Source of the DNA: Podarcis pityusensis | Taxonomy: Eukaryota | Assembly (NCBI GenBank): GCA_964106645.2 | Contig: OZ067047.1 | Reading direction: 5' to 3' (one strand) | DNA: 64,000 nucleotides | Shown: positions 12,606 through 24,827 of the stretch, piece after piece | Position numbering within the stretch: position 1 is the stretch's first letter | Layout: every line of letters starts with the position of its first letter | Notes under the pieces: generated by a model | The model's input: only the letters and a program-made list of their open reading frames with translations | Database searches by the model: none | Told to the model about the DNA's origin: nothing | Translations under genes and position numbers: made by a program

Positions 12606-12737
12606 CCAACTGTCCCCAATCTGTTGCCCTCCAGATATTGCTAGACTGCAGCTCCCATCATCCCTGATCATTGGCCATATTGGCTTATACTGATGGAGTC
12701 CAAAAATATCTGGAGACCACCAGGTTGGGAAAGGCTG
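12606..12737. mobile_element. Palindromic hAT/Charlie-type MITE, degenerate
   Basis: ccagat..gact.cagctcccatcatccc...atctggagaccaccaggttgggaaaggctg; same family as 43842-43979. Confidence 0.7.
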
Positions 12738-13520
12738 AATTCGGATATAAGGAGGCATCTCTATGTCCTGTGAATCTCTCTTTATGCTTTATCCTTGGTT
12801 ATCATATACAATAACTTCTACCACCTTAAGGAAGAAGATGCAATTGGTTTGACTTGAAAGCTTATGTTTCTTCCTCCTTCTCACTAATCTTAATGCTCCT
12901 CCCTTTGGACCCCTGGCCAGGAATTCCCCTCACACAGCATCCACTCACTTAGGGTCACTTAAGACATGGTGATTATTGTGTTAGTTTTCTTGATTATAAT
13001 GCTAGCGCTTCTATTCCGGATTTGAATATTCCTTTCAAAATACATTGGCTGTTGCATTGTAGAACGGTGGCTTTTTGGTGGATACACTGTCATATTGCAC
13101 TAAATTTTAAAAGGCAGGAAAGAAAAGTATGCTGGAATACGACCCCAAATTTCTTCATATGAAATTACAATGCAAAACTCCCACAGTCTCCTGGGTTAAC
13201 GGAGTTGCAAATAGATATTATTATTTTTTCTGGAACCAATTAACATGGAAACTTCCACTAGATTATGCTAATTCTCCGGAAGTGGCTTAATGTGAAAAAT
13301 CGTGTAAAATGTGGAAATTTATGGAAGAAGTGCTGTCTGAATGCAGCTTTAGGCCCCAATCACATCAACAGAGTGATTGCCGTTAAAACACATCTCACAA
13401 TAGTAGGGAATAACTGTGACCAAGAAACCTGTGTGCTTACTCTGATTGCTGCTGTCCAGCTGCTATCAATGGGTAATGTAACTTTAAAGAACTTATCTCC
13501 TCCCTTCTTAGTGTTCTCTA

Positions 13521-13992
13521 ACTACTACTTCTTCTTCTTCTTCTTCATTTATACCCCGCTCATCTGGCTGGGTTTCCCCAGCCACTCTGGGTGGCTCCCA
13601 ACAGAATATTAAAAACACAATAAAGCACTGAACCCATTTGGTGCCACTAAAGAGAAGGCCCTCTGTCTGGCTCCCTGTAACCTCACTTCTCGCAGTGAGG
13701 GAACCGCCAGAAGGCCCTCAGAGGACCTCAGCTGGACCTCATTGTCCAGGCTGAATGATGAGGGTGGGGATGCTCCTTCAGAGCCAAGATGGGCCGAGTC
13801 TGTTAAGGGTTTTAAAGGTCAGCACCAACACTTTTAATTGTGCTCAGAAACATACTGGGAGCCAATGTAGGTCTTTCAGGACCTGTGTTATATTGTCTCA
13901 GCAGTCACCAGTCTAGCTGCCGCATTCTGGATTAGTTGGTATTTCCGGGTCACCTTCCGTAGCCCCACGTAGAGCGCATTGCAGTAGTCCAA
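13521..13992 (-). mobile_element. L2 LINE 3' fragment
   Basis: Minus strand encodes LDYCNALYVGL (L2 RT C-terminal motif). 3' UTR cccagagtggctggg..cagatg..ggggtataaat is followed by a simple-repeat tail. Confidence 0.85.
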
Positions 13993-15485
13993 AACTGTAC
14001 TTGAACTGTACTTGACCCGGATAGCCCTTCAAAAAGAGGATATTCCTCTGGCAGCTTTACAGATAGAGAACTATTCCCTGTAAAGTAGGACATATGGCCA
14101 ACCTAATACTCAAACATGCACAGCCTATGCAACAGCTCGAACTATACCGCCCCAACATGTCTGCACTGTGGAAAGGAAAACATTGTTCATGTTGTTACAG
14201 TCCAAATTATTTCTGAGGCCACACTTCAGCTTGCTTACACATAACCCTTGATCCCATAAACAAGTGATGGCCAATTCCACTCCAATAGCTCGGTAATATG
14301 AAGTGCACCTACTCCTTCCGGGGAAACATTTGAAACTTTTTATCCCTCCTACTGCAAAAGCATTTCTCAACATTATTTTTAGGTTTTGGATTCTTTTTCA
14401 GAGCTCTGCCTGGTCTCTTATTTATTTTCAGTTTCCATTTTGTGAGAGAGGCACTGACCCTGCTTGGAAGAACATCTAGTTATTTAAACATAACTGCCAT
14501 TGTGGACCTGTTTCTTGGCTTTAAAAAAAAATGTCGTTTGTTTTGCTAAATGCCAGAGTTCCATGAATAATTCCAAAGACGCATTTAATAAACATTTGGC
14601 TTACTAAATGGAGACTTTAGGAGTCGAGGCTGTGCCAAACAGAAACAACCTGGGCAAATTTACATTCTGCAGGAGGGTGTGTCTCTGTACAATCTATCCA
14701 AATGGATTAAGATGGCTCAAGACCTTTTGCTGCCTGAGGTGGAACAAGGAATATTGTCTTCCCACAACCAATAATGATCCATCGTGCCAAAAGTTGGCCA
14801 AGTTGTTTTGGCACTTGAGGTAGAAAATCCCACAAGCATATTTCCCTGGGAGTATAGCTCCACGAAAAATGAAAATGAAATAACTAACCATTTGCCACCC
14901 TATCATGACACCCAAAATTAGCTTCCCCTGGTCACAAGGGCCTTCAAAGAAGATCTCTTATGATACATACATGACCCATGACTAAATATCTGCTACAATG
15001 GCATTATTTCCTCAGAGAGAAAGCATGTCCGCAACATTACAGGCCAAGATTTGTTATCGTTTCTTGCCATCTGATCTTTCTTTTATTAAGATCCCTGGGT
15101 TGTATGTAAATCGCAAGGCATATTGAAATTTCCACAGAGTTGGTAAGGCGTACTGGTGTTGAGAAATTGATTTCACAAACAAACATGTTTCTTCCAGATA
15201 AGCTGATAGGTATTTTGAAACAGTCATCACATATAAAATGCAATAGACTCAGAGCCAAAACTGGCATGTGGAAACACCTTAAAGGTGTCAATTCTTTGTT
15301 ATGTACATAGCAAGTATGGGGAAGCCTGAGAAGATTGTGACCATGGAGGATAATGAGCAACTAACAATAATAAATAATAAATTGTCTAATAAATAATAAT
15401 TGTAATGTGTGCCCAACCTTTAAATGCTTAATATGAAGGTTTGATGGTGGTTTGTCAGGACCTTTGCCCAAACAACTGAGAACCC

Positions 15486-15739
15486 TAGGGTTGCCATATT
15501 CCCAGAAATGAAAATTCGGACAAAGTTTTGGCGAAGTTGTTGAGCTTTTATAAAAAAAAAGTTTGGGGACTTCTGGGGTTTTTTTAAAGTTTTTTTATAA
15601 TTAAAAAAAAATTGCCCTACTTGCCTTACATCCAGGTTTACCTGGACATTCTACCAGTTCAGCAGAAGTCATCCCAGACACCATTTTGCCGACCGATTCG
15701 TAGATGTGTACAGGAAAACCTGGACCTATGGCAGCCCTA
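15486..15739. mobile_element. hAT (Tip100-like) MITE
   Basis: TIR TAGGG(T/C)TGCCATA with a perfect 8-bp TSD GAGAACCC at 15478-15485 and 15740-15747. Confidence 0.9.
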
Positions 15740-17699
15740 GAGAACCCTGATCAGGATTTTTCCTCATGTGTCCAGTCTGAAGAGGATTTATGAGTTGCTG
15801 ATATGGAGCATTTGGGAGCGGTTCTTGCTTTGGTAAATCTCTGACGCCGCTTCTGGAATATGTTGTGCTTTGCTTTCCCTTGGGAGTGTTTATTTCTTCT
15901 CCATGTGTGGCTTACGTGGGCGTGAGAGATTGTGGTGTGAGGCACCTTGGGAAGGCTTTAATAATCTTCCTCAGATGAAGTGGGAATATCTGGAAGGCAT
16001 GTTGAGAAAACAAGCTCTGTGATTGATCCAGGATGATGATGGAGAAGCAAATGGTTTATTAAACTGGCTCACATGATACAGCTTCTGTTACACGATGGAG
16101 GAAAATTTTAGGGAAGGAAGTGTTCTGAAAATATTATGGAGACTTAGGGAAAGACAGAATTCAGAGTGCCAATTTGTACTCTGGTTGGCACAAATTCCAA
16201 CCTTAGATCCAGAAGCTGAGTTTGAGACTAGGAGAACATAAGAGAAATTGTTTCATTTTGAGATGAAGGACTGTATATCCACCAGGTCCACATAACTGTA
16301 AAAGGTTCCTAAATAAAATGCTTACAATACAAGAAAATGCTGTACTGACAAGCAAACTTGCATTATTCAAGTATCTAGCTCTTAGGGTCCCTGAGTTCTT
16401 GCTTTCTCTAGCCCTTGTGGGTTGTGTGTGTGTGTGTGTTTTGTTTTTTACACTGAGCAAGCAATACAGAACAATTGCCATGAAAATATGTATTACATTA
16501 TTATTGAACTAAATGCACTCTTCCCTTTGTGAAAACAATGTATTGGTTTGTTCACTTGCTTTATTATTTCCTATAACAGCTGAATTTAGAGTAGGCGACA
16601 TATTGCAAAGAACAGCTAATGCAGTAAAACCAACAGCATAAAACCACAATCAACAATAAAATTAAATACTAGGTAGATTTCACTCCAAGCTAGATGAAAA
16701 ATAAATTAAACCAGCTAGGAACTTTCCTCAATGAAAGTTGTAGCTTTGCCAGAATACAGGGTTTACTCCTTTTGGACTGGCTCTCAAATGATAATTCAAT
16801 CTACAATAGTTAGCAGGTAGTAATATTTATCTGCATGCCATGTAAAAAGGTTCACTTTCTAATTCCTGCAAACTAGACTGCTGCTAAACACAAAAGGTCT
16901 AGTTTTATTTTTCTGCCCGGTTGGAAACCCCATGCAACGTCCATGCATTCAAATCCTGTTTCCTCTGAGTCAGCTTCCTTATAAACACCACTCCTTTTCA
17001 TATAATCCCAGAGCTATCGCTTCATTTCGGGGATTGTATTTAATACAACTGAACCGATGAGTTGCTACAAGCAAAAAGCCCTTGGAGCTAAGGAACCAAC
17101 ACCCTGTTCTTGGGCTTCTGAGCCAATGGGCACTTGTAAAGCAAGAAAATGCACTCCCAGTCCAAAAAAAGGGGCATGCAGAGGGAGCCTGCTAGTGCAC
17201 GATGATTAATTTTACTTTGTGCTATAATATTGTTGTGCCTCATTTTACTGGGCTTTGTAACTTTGGCAAACTCCGGTCATTTTATTGGTTGGCAGAACTC
17301 TTGCTTAGTTGTTCTTTGGCTTATTTGTGGAGATGCTAAGCAAGAACAGAATGTCTCACTTAAGAACCCATGAACTGAGCAGTGCTTAAGTTTTCTTGCA
17401 CTAGGCCCTGCCTCAAAGCCTCCCACAAACAGTGGGCAGGTGACAGTTAGAGACACAGTGCTGGTTTAGATAAACCACTACTGGACTGATCCAGCAAGAC
17501 TTTTTAATGAAATGAGCCCCGGGTTGCCTGGAACTCTAGAGAAGCAAGGAAGGACACTGAAGATGGAGAAACATACATGCAAATTTCAAAACAACTGCAA
17601 AATAAATTATTTTTTGAGACAAGGATCAGACTGGCATAAGAAATATAATGAAAGCTGGAATGTCCAGTTTTTTTGTTTTGTTTTTTCCTCCACAGTCGT

Positions 17700-17940
17700 T
17701 AAAGGTAAAGGTAAAGGGACCCCTGACCATTAGGTCCAGTCGTGACCGACTCTGGGGTTGCGGTGCTCATCTCGCTTTACCGGCCAAGGGAGCCGGCGTA
17801 CAGCTTCCAGGTCATGTGGCCAGCATGAGTAAGCTGCTTCTGGCAAACCAGAGCAGCGCACAGAAACACCGTATACCTTCCTGCCGGAGCAGTACCTATT
17901 TATCTACTTGCACTTTGACGTGCTTTCGAGTGGTTAGGCT
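17700..17940 (-). mobile_element. Sauria SINE, 5'-truncated
   Basis: (AAAGGT)n tail, GGGACCCCTGACCATTAGGTCCAGTCG and body motifs are present; the head is missing. Confidence 0.9.
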
Positions 17941-18877
17941 GGGCTTTATTATGGGATGAATAAGGGCAACCACAACACGCATGTAGGTCAGCTTCCTGTT
18001 GAGTCTTCAAAGATCCCATCTGATCCCAAGGCCTTTTCCCCACATACCCTCCAACTGTCACAATTTTCCAGGGACAGTCCTGGAATTATACAAGCCACCC
18101 CAGCTTCTGATTTGATCCCAGAATGTTCCAATTTCCCCCACCTGTGCTGCCGCTGCCAAGCTCAGAGAGGAAGATGAGCCAATGCTTGTCCCGAGTGTGG
18201 CAAGAGAGCATCCTGTTCCAAGGTTTGACTTAGCTTCCTAAGTTAAACGATGACTTTTATTTCGTGCAGCATAGAAAATAATGATGAACCTGTGCCCTTA
18301 TTAGATTTTTGTTTACCCCACCCTGCCTAATTTCTGAGAGGAAAGTGGGGGAAAATTCTGATCTACACCATCTGTGTACCGCCTGCATTCTGATCTCAGT
18401 CGAACAGAGGGCTAAGCACAGTCCAGCAATAAAATTCACAAAGGAATCCATGCGAATCAGATGAAGATGGTCTCTTCTTTCTCTTTTTTTAAAAGATATT
18501 TGATCTGCTCACCCACCACCCCTCACCGTGTCACCTATAAATTCCGAGCAAACTGTTTGCGTCTGCTGTGGAGCTCAGAGAAAATTCAACACAAAGAGAG
18601 CTTTCAGTTAATTATGCCTTAAACTGGCAGCTAGCTATGGTGGAATCCTTGAGTCACTCAGAGCTGGTACAGTAAACTCAATCTTCCATTTGCATTCATT
18701 TCAACTGGCGGCTTATATTTTTAACCTTCTCTTCAGGACACATACACACAAAACACGTACAGACACACACACAAACCCCAGCAAGTCGTCATAATATGCA
18801 TGTCGTATCAAAAGCAACTTCCCTCCTTTTCAGAATCTGTGTTGGCAGTATGTGATGCTTCAGGAAGGAAAGCCAAC

Positions 18878-18880
<3 letters not shown>

Positions 18881-18920
<40 letters not shown>

Positions 18921-18926
18921 TGTGTG
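18881..18926. repeat. (TG)n microsatellite
   Basis: Read directly. Confidence 0.95.
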
Positions 18927-20009
18927 ATGTCATTCTGAGGCATTCAGCCCTCGGATCTTTCTTGAAACATTTTGTAGGGCAGATGGTGACAGATGTCCAA
19001 CGTTCCTCCAGTTAATGACCTAAAGACGGATCAAGGACGAGGAGTTTTGGTTTTGATTTCAGATGGGGAGGGGGGAAGAAATCTGCTTGTGAGAAAGCAA
19101 TGTGAGCATTTTTATCAGAAACAGAGAAAGAGAACACACACAAAATATATTATAGACCACTCCGGGACATCCTCTGTGGTATAGGCTCTGTGAATGCAGA
19201 AGCCTGTCAGAATTGGAGCACAGGACGAAAGGGCTCCACTCCAAGCCACAGTGGCTTCCTTGAGTCAGAGACACCCAGACCCTGCCAGGAGTGCATATAA
19301 CTGACATATTAGCCAATGAGCGCTCTCAAGGGTGGACTATTTCATTACTGTTAATCATTCAGGCAAACAAAATTAATGCAGCTATCCATGGCTGTCCTCC
19401 CCAAACCGCTTACTGTTAAAGAATCCAGGAACTGAAAGGAAGTAATCCAGGTCTGTTGCCACTGTCTTCCATTCCATTCCTCCACCCGCCCATCCCCCCC
19501 ATTTTTTGAAATCTGCCTTTTCTGTGAAATCTTTGATAACAGTTGCTTTAAAATTAACACTGTACATTAATGCAATGTGCAATGTGGAATATATAGCACA
19601 TATAATAAAAACGGAACCTTGCAAAACCAAGGGTGGACAACACAGCTAGCCAATAAACATTTTTTCTGCCTCTCCCAAATTTTAATCATGGGCTGTTAAA
19701 ATGTGTTCTGAAAAAGCTGAAAGAGGAAGTCCATGTTTGTCATGTGTGTCTCTCTGTGATTCTTTTGTAACACCTTAACTCATGGGTAGCTCACAAAATG
19801 GCCTCCATATAATAGTTTCTATCATTATTAACTATTGGCCATACAACACCATCTGGAAGCCACCATCTTGTTTATCCTTGCCCAAGCTAAATGTATGTTT
19901 ACTCAGTAGTGAGCACCACTAGGATTTATTCCCGGGTACTAAGTGTGCATACATCTGCAACCTCAGAAATTTTGCCAGAACTGAACTGAACCTCTAATAG
20001 GTCTATTAG

Positions 20010-20130
20010 AGCAGCAACCTCTTACCTTGTGCTCTGCAGATGTTTTGGAGCACAACTCCCGTCATTCCAGGCCATGCTGGCTGGAGCTGATGAGACTAGC
20101 ACCTGAAGGGAACCATGTTAGGGAAGGCTC
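20010..20130. mobile_element. Degenerate palindromic hAT MITE
   Basis: cagatgttttgga.cacaactccc...gctgatg...ggaaccatgttagggaaggct; same family as 43842-43979. Confidence 0.55.
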
Positions 20131-20143
20131 TATTACGTGACCA

Positions 20144-20281
20144 AGGGAGCAGATGGCACTGTGGTCTAAACACTGAGCCTTTTGCGCTTGCCGATCAGAA
20201 GGTTGGAGGTTCAAATCTGTGTGAAGGGGTGAGCTCCCGTTGCTCTGTCCCAGCTTCTGCCAACCTAGCAGTTCAAAAGCA
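20144..20281 (+). mobile_element. Sauria SINE 5' half
   Basis: ggcactgtggtctaaac..gatcagaaggttggaggttcaaat..ggggtgagctcccgttgctc..ccaacctagcagttc. Confidence 0.85.
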
Positions 20282-20483
20282 TACCACCCCTGCCATTGCA
20301 ACATGCTAGCCATTTCCCTGTGATCCGCTCCCATGCTACTTTGGCATCTTCCATAGAGAGAGGAACCATGTTGCTGGTGAGTTGTATGGCTCCTTGGTAT
20401 ACGAACCTTACCAGCTACAAATCTGATTAAGTGTAAATATGGATGACTAGGACTGAAGCAGGCCAAAGTGTTGCATCCTTCTT

Positions 20484-20877
20484 GTACGTTTCCGAGCACA
20501 ATTCAAAGTGTTAGTGTTGACCTTTAAAGCCCTAAACGGCCTCGGCCCAGTATACCTGAAGGAGCGTCTCCACCCCCATCGTTCAGCCTGGACACTGAGG
20601 TCCAGCGCTGAGGGCCTTCTGTCAGTTCCCTCATTGCGAGAAGCAAAGCTACAGGGAACCAGGCAGCGGCCTTCTCAGTAGTGACGCCCACCCTGTGGAA
20701 CACCCTCCCACCAAATGTCAAAGAGATAAACAACTACTTGACATCCAGAAGAAATCTGAAGGCAGCCCTGTTCAGGGAAGTTTTTAATGCGTGACATTTT
20801 AGTGTATTGTTTGGTCTTTGTTGGAAGCCGCCCAGAGTGGCTGGGGAAACCCAGCCAGATGGGCGGGGTACAAATAA

Positions 20878-20909
<32 letters not shown>

Positions 20910-20929
20910 CATCATCATCATCATCATTA
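20484..20929 (+). mobile_element. L2 LINE 3' fragment with (ATT)n(ATC)n tail
   Basis: Encodes VRFRAQFKVLVLTFKALNGLGP (L2 C-terminus). Shares its 3' UTR family with 13521-13992. Confidence 0.9.
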
Positions 20930-22228
20930 TCCTGTTGAGCCCATGAAAAATACCCCTAGTCCCTCCCACTCCCCAAAGCTCACTAAAAAGCCAATATAAA
21001 CCAATTGAAAAGAATGGGACTTGCTCCTCCACAATTTGTTTAGCCTAAGGATGCTTGGGCTGGCTCATAAGGCTGTTCCGCTCAAGCTCCAAGCATTTTC
21101 CTTTGCTTTAATGTGGAATTAATTTGCACCACATTACTGCACTTGAGCTTTTTCATGTTCAATGCCATTATTTGAGAGAATCTCTTTATGAAATACAAAG
21201 AGCAGTAAAAAGATCATTAATCCTAAATCTCCCTGGGAGGAAGGAAATTTTTACACTCCCTGCTGCTTCCCGGGGAGTGTCCAAGTGAATACACAGTGTT
21301 CCTACCTCATCTCCTCAACCATGAACTCTGAATCATACCAGCCATGCAGCAGTTTAGGGGCTCGCCACATGAATGTACGCATCTTGTCTGGAATAAAGCA
21401 CTGTAACAAAAGGTGCATTTTTGGGCAGTTGCACAGGCTTTAGAAAATATTTTCCCCTAGTTACATCTTAAAGCTTCATTATCTTTTAATCGCAGGTGAA
21501 GAAAGCACGGCTGTACTTTCCATAGAAATATAAAGCATGAAGAAGTCTGCACTTGTAAAAGAAAAACATTTGCAGCGTTCTTTGAATCCAGCTGGCTCAG
21601 TCACAAGATGAAGATGGAACTCTGGGTGATAGTCAACACAGGCCTGCAGCTGAGGGTGGCAGATCTGCAGAGCTCCACTCTCCCTGCTCTCTCCCAGTAA
21701 AGTTTAGACAGAACGGCCCGTGGTATGATGACCTCGCATCATGTGTCTGCTAATCCCAATTATACATCACTGACTGCTCCTGGGAGGGATGGAGAAATGT
21801 GGCGAAACAACACAACTAAGTCTGCCTAAAGTTCTTTGAAACGAGTTTGCAGCTTCCAGCAGAAAACACTGGGATCAGAGGAGTGGGTTTGGGGGTTCAA
21901 ACACCAACTCTGCCTTGCATTCCTGTTCTTGGGCAAGTTGCTTGTCCTTTGCAACTAGCCATAGCCTCCTGTCAAGTTCTGTGAACTTGCCACCCCCCCT
22001 TTGGCCGTAGATAAGCAAGACAAAGCAAAAAGAGTCACTTACCATTGAAAGAGTCTTTAATGATCACAGCAAAAGAACAAAGCAGCCATTCTCAGAATGA
22101 AGGTGTTCCCAATTAAGGTTTCCACCCACTTCCCCCCCAGTCATTTCCGTGCTTTGCAACGTGATCTTGCAACTACTGTGCTTTTTGTGTAGCCACCTTA
22201 TCTGCTCTACGTGACCTTGGACAGATAG

Positions 22229-22454
22229 GCTGGACACTGTTAGCTCTCTCTCTTCCAGTTCTTCACTTTGCTGTTCACCCCCCAGTTCGCCCCAACTTTC
22301 ATCTTCAGAACTATGCCCCTCTGCAAACCACTGTTCCAATTCTATACTGTTCCACTGCTCCTGGGCAGCTTCAGGATCCTGGTCAGGAGCAGGAGGAAGG
22401 GGAGGCTCCCATCATTCCTCATCAGGGCAGTACTCCTCAGCCTGGTCTCTGACA
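22229..22454 (-). mobile_element. Probable degenerate LTR-type terminal fragment
   Basis: Minus strand starts TGTCAG and is purine/GAG-rich, similar to squamate LTR fragments as I recall them. No second terminus or TSD found. Confidence 0.35.
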
Positions 22455-23319
22455 CCTCTAGGCATTCACTATGCATAACACCACTTTCTCACATTTCCAA
22501 ATGCACCCATGAGCCCGGAAAGGGTTGATGACTCCTGTGCCATAAGTGTTGCAGGGAGGTGGGGAAAACAGAGGGGCCATTTTCCAGTGGCAACCACACA
22601 GTCTGTCAGCTACTCTGACAAAAAATAGTGAACTTCTGGGCTGTCCGGTTTCAAATGTTTATGCATTACTGCATTACCTGTTGTGTTATGGAACTGCGGC
22701 TTTTTGATTGATATGCTGCCATATAACATGAAGTTTCATTCACACACTGTTGGCCATGGAATTGCACAATTTCAGGTGTAACCAGACATGCCACCACCCT
22801 TTATGTGCATGACCATAGCAGGATACTTCCTATGAGTGTTGGGAGTGTGCATGCACACTCACACACAACATATCTTTGACGGGGCAGGTATGTGCATTTA
22901 GTCTCTAGTTTTCAACTTATGGTTATGAAATGCAAGGGCAGCACTTATTTTTAAGCTTAATGTAGTTTCCTCCCTCCCCTCTGAAAAACATTTTGGGCTG
23001 ATTTTCCCAACCTTCACTACCTTATGCCCCAACTTGAGGCAGTGCAAACAATCTGTTCTGCAGGGATATACTGCAGATATTTGTATGTGTAGTTCCATGC
23101 AGCCTGCTGCTAGGTGTAAAGATCTGTGGATTGGGATACTAATCTGTTCTGGTGGCAACAGAACAGGGTATATCCTACTCACATAGAAAAGCACTTCCTC
23201 TTCTTCTTCTTCTTCTTCTTCTTCTTATTATTATTAAAATTTGTATACTGGCCTATGTCCGCAGGTCTCAGGGCGCTTTGATTACAACAAAACACCATTT
23301 CCTCCTGAGCTTTGCCCCA

Positions 23320-23520
23320 CCTGCACTTTGCATTTAAATCAGTACCATACCACTTTAAACCATCATGGCGTCCCCCAGAGAATCATGGGAGCTGTGGTTT
23401 GTGAAGGGTGCTGGGAGTTGTTAGGAGGCCTGACTCACCTCCAGTTCCCATAGTGGTTTAACAGTCAACCCCTCTTCCCAATAAACTCTGAAAATTGCAG
23501 CCCTCTGAAGGGGCAGAGAT
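23320..23520. mobile_element. PIF/Harbinger (Chompy-like) MITE fragment
   Basis: agaatcatgggagctgtggtttgtgaagggtgctggga motif shared with 33655-33813 and 60497-60689. Confidence 0.5.
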
Positions 23521-24372
23521 TTCCTATTCTTATTAGTTGGGGAGAGAAGGACCGGGAGTATAATCACCCTCACAAATCCAAAATGGATAGTAATCTACAG
23601 AGGCAGATTTAGGGCAGCACGACTGGTTCCACTGCACTGGGCACCGAGCCTAGGGGGCGCTGAAGGGTGTTGCAGCTACGATGTATTGAATGGAGCAGAA
23701 CAGAAGGTGAGAGGCAGGGGGAGCCAGATTTTGCCCTCGCACAGGGCACTGCTGAAATTTCGAAGACCAACATCTGTCCTCTAATCTAACACTAGAGTCA
23801 GGAACTGCCATGTGAAGTCTCCAGCTCATATCCTTCCCTGGACTTTTCAGGTGACTTCATAAAGACAAGTTAAAAGTATCTTATTACTACAGCCGGGGAA
23901 AGTACTGAAGGAAAAAGCTATGTGCAACAAGCTGGACTGTGGCTGTGATGATTAGGTTTTCTAGAAAGCGTGGGTCAAGCCGAAAACCACTCGGACCCGT
24001 GCTTTCTAAGCCATGGGACAGGTGGACGTGTGGATGAGCTCTATGCCTCAGAAGCCCTGGTAGAACTAGTAACAGGCATAATGATTGCCTCAACAGCTTA
24101 GTAGAGTCAGGTGCTATGGCTAAGTTCCCAGAAGACTTCCCCCCCCCCTTCATGTGCTTCATTGAAAACAGTTTTCCTGGCCATGACTGCTATGGAAAGA
24201 CGGACAAAAGCCAAACTGGATGCCAACAAACAGACAGATTTTGAAACTAGACTCCTCTGTGGACTTTGTAGAAGAGTATTGCAAAGTTTGAGTAATGCAC
24301 AAGAGAAAGTAAAGATGGAGAGGGCTTCTCTGAAATGTGCTTAATCTTTGGTTCCTGTGACTGAATATCTCC

Positions 24373-24702
24373 TGTTATGTACTGAGTTGAATAGGATCCA
24401 AACTGTAGCAGTCTGATTGGTCCTAGAACAATAGGATTCAGAATGCAGCAGTCTGATTGGTCCTAGAACAATGCAGCAGTATGATTGGTTGGCAGGAACC
24501 ACCCAATCCTGCTCCAGATAGAAGTGAATCCACAACCTGATTGGCTTACAGTAGAATTCCAGAATTAGCCAATCATGTGCAGCCCATTGTGTAAATAATG
24601 TATATAAAGCAGATACTGTGAGGGGACATTTATTCATTCCTCCTCACCACTATGAGCTGAATAAAGAGCATGAAATCACTTTGCGACTCTGAGTATATTT
24701 CA
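24373..24702 (+). repeat. 5' LTR (330 bp)
   Basis: TGTTATGT...TATTTCA; six CCAAT/ATTGG boxes, TATATAAA 24601-08, AATAAA 24660-65. Identical by eye to 28963-29292. Confidence 0.98.
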
Positions 24703-24703
24703 C

Positions 24704-24721
24704 TGGCGACGAGGATGGGAT
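24704..24721 (+). promoter_or_regulatory. Primer-binding site complementary to the tRNA-Ser(GCU) 3' end
   Basis: TGGCGACGAGGATGGGAT is the reverse complement of ATCCCATCCTCGTCGCCA, the 3' 18 nt of vertebrate tRNA-Ser(GCU). It starts 1 nt after the LTR. Confidence 0.9.
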
Positions 24722-24827
24722 CCCGCTGAGCTGACTGCCACACACAGCACCGCAGCACCGCCAACTGCCGCACCGCTGCCTCGCACCGTGTATCCAGGCT
24801 TCAGCTCCGGGGCACAAGGAACTCAGA

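Noticed and set aside
24408-24490. Direct repeats with spacers resembling a CRISPR array
   Set aside because: Eukaryotic LTR U3 tandem duplication with only 2-3 units; no cas genes.
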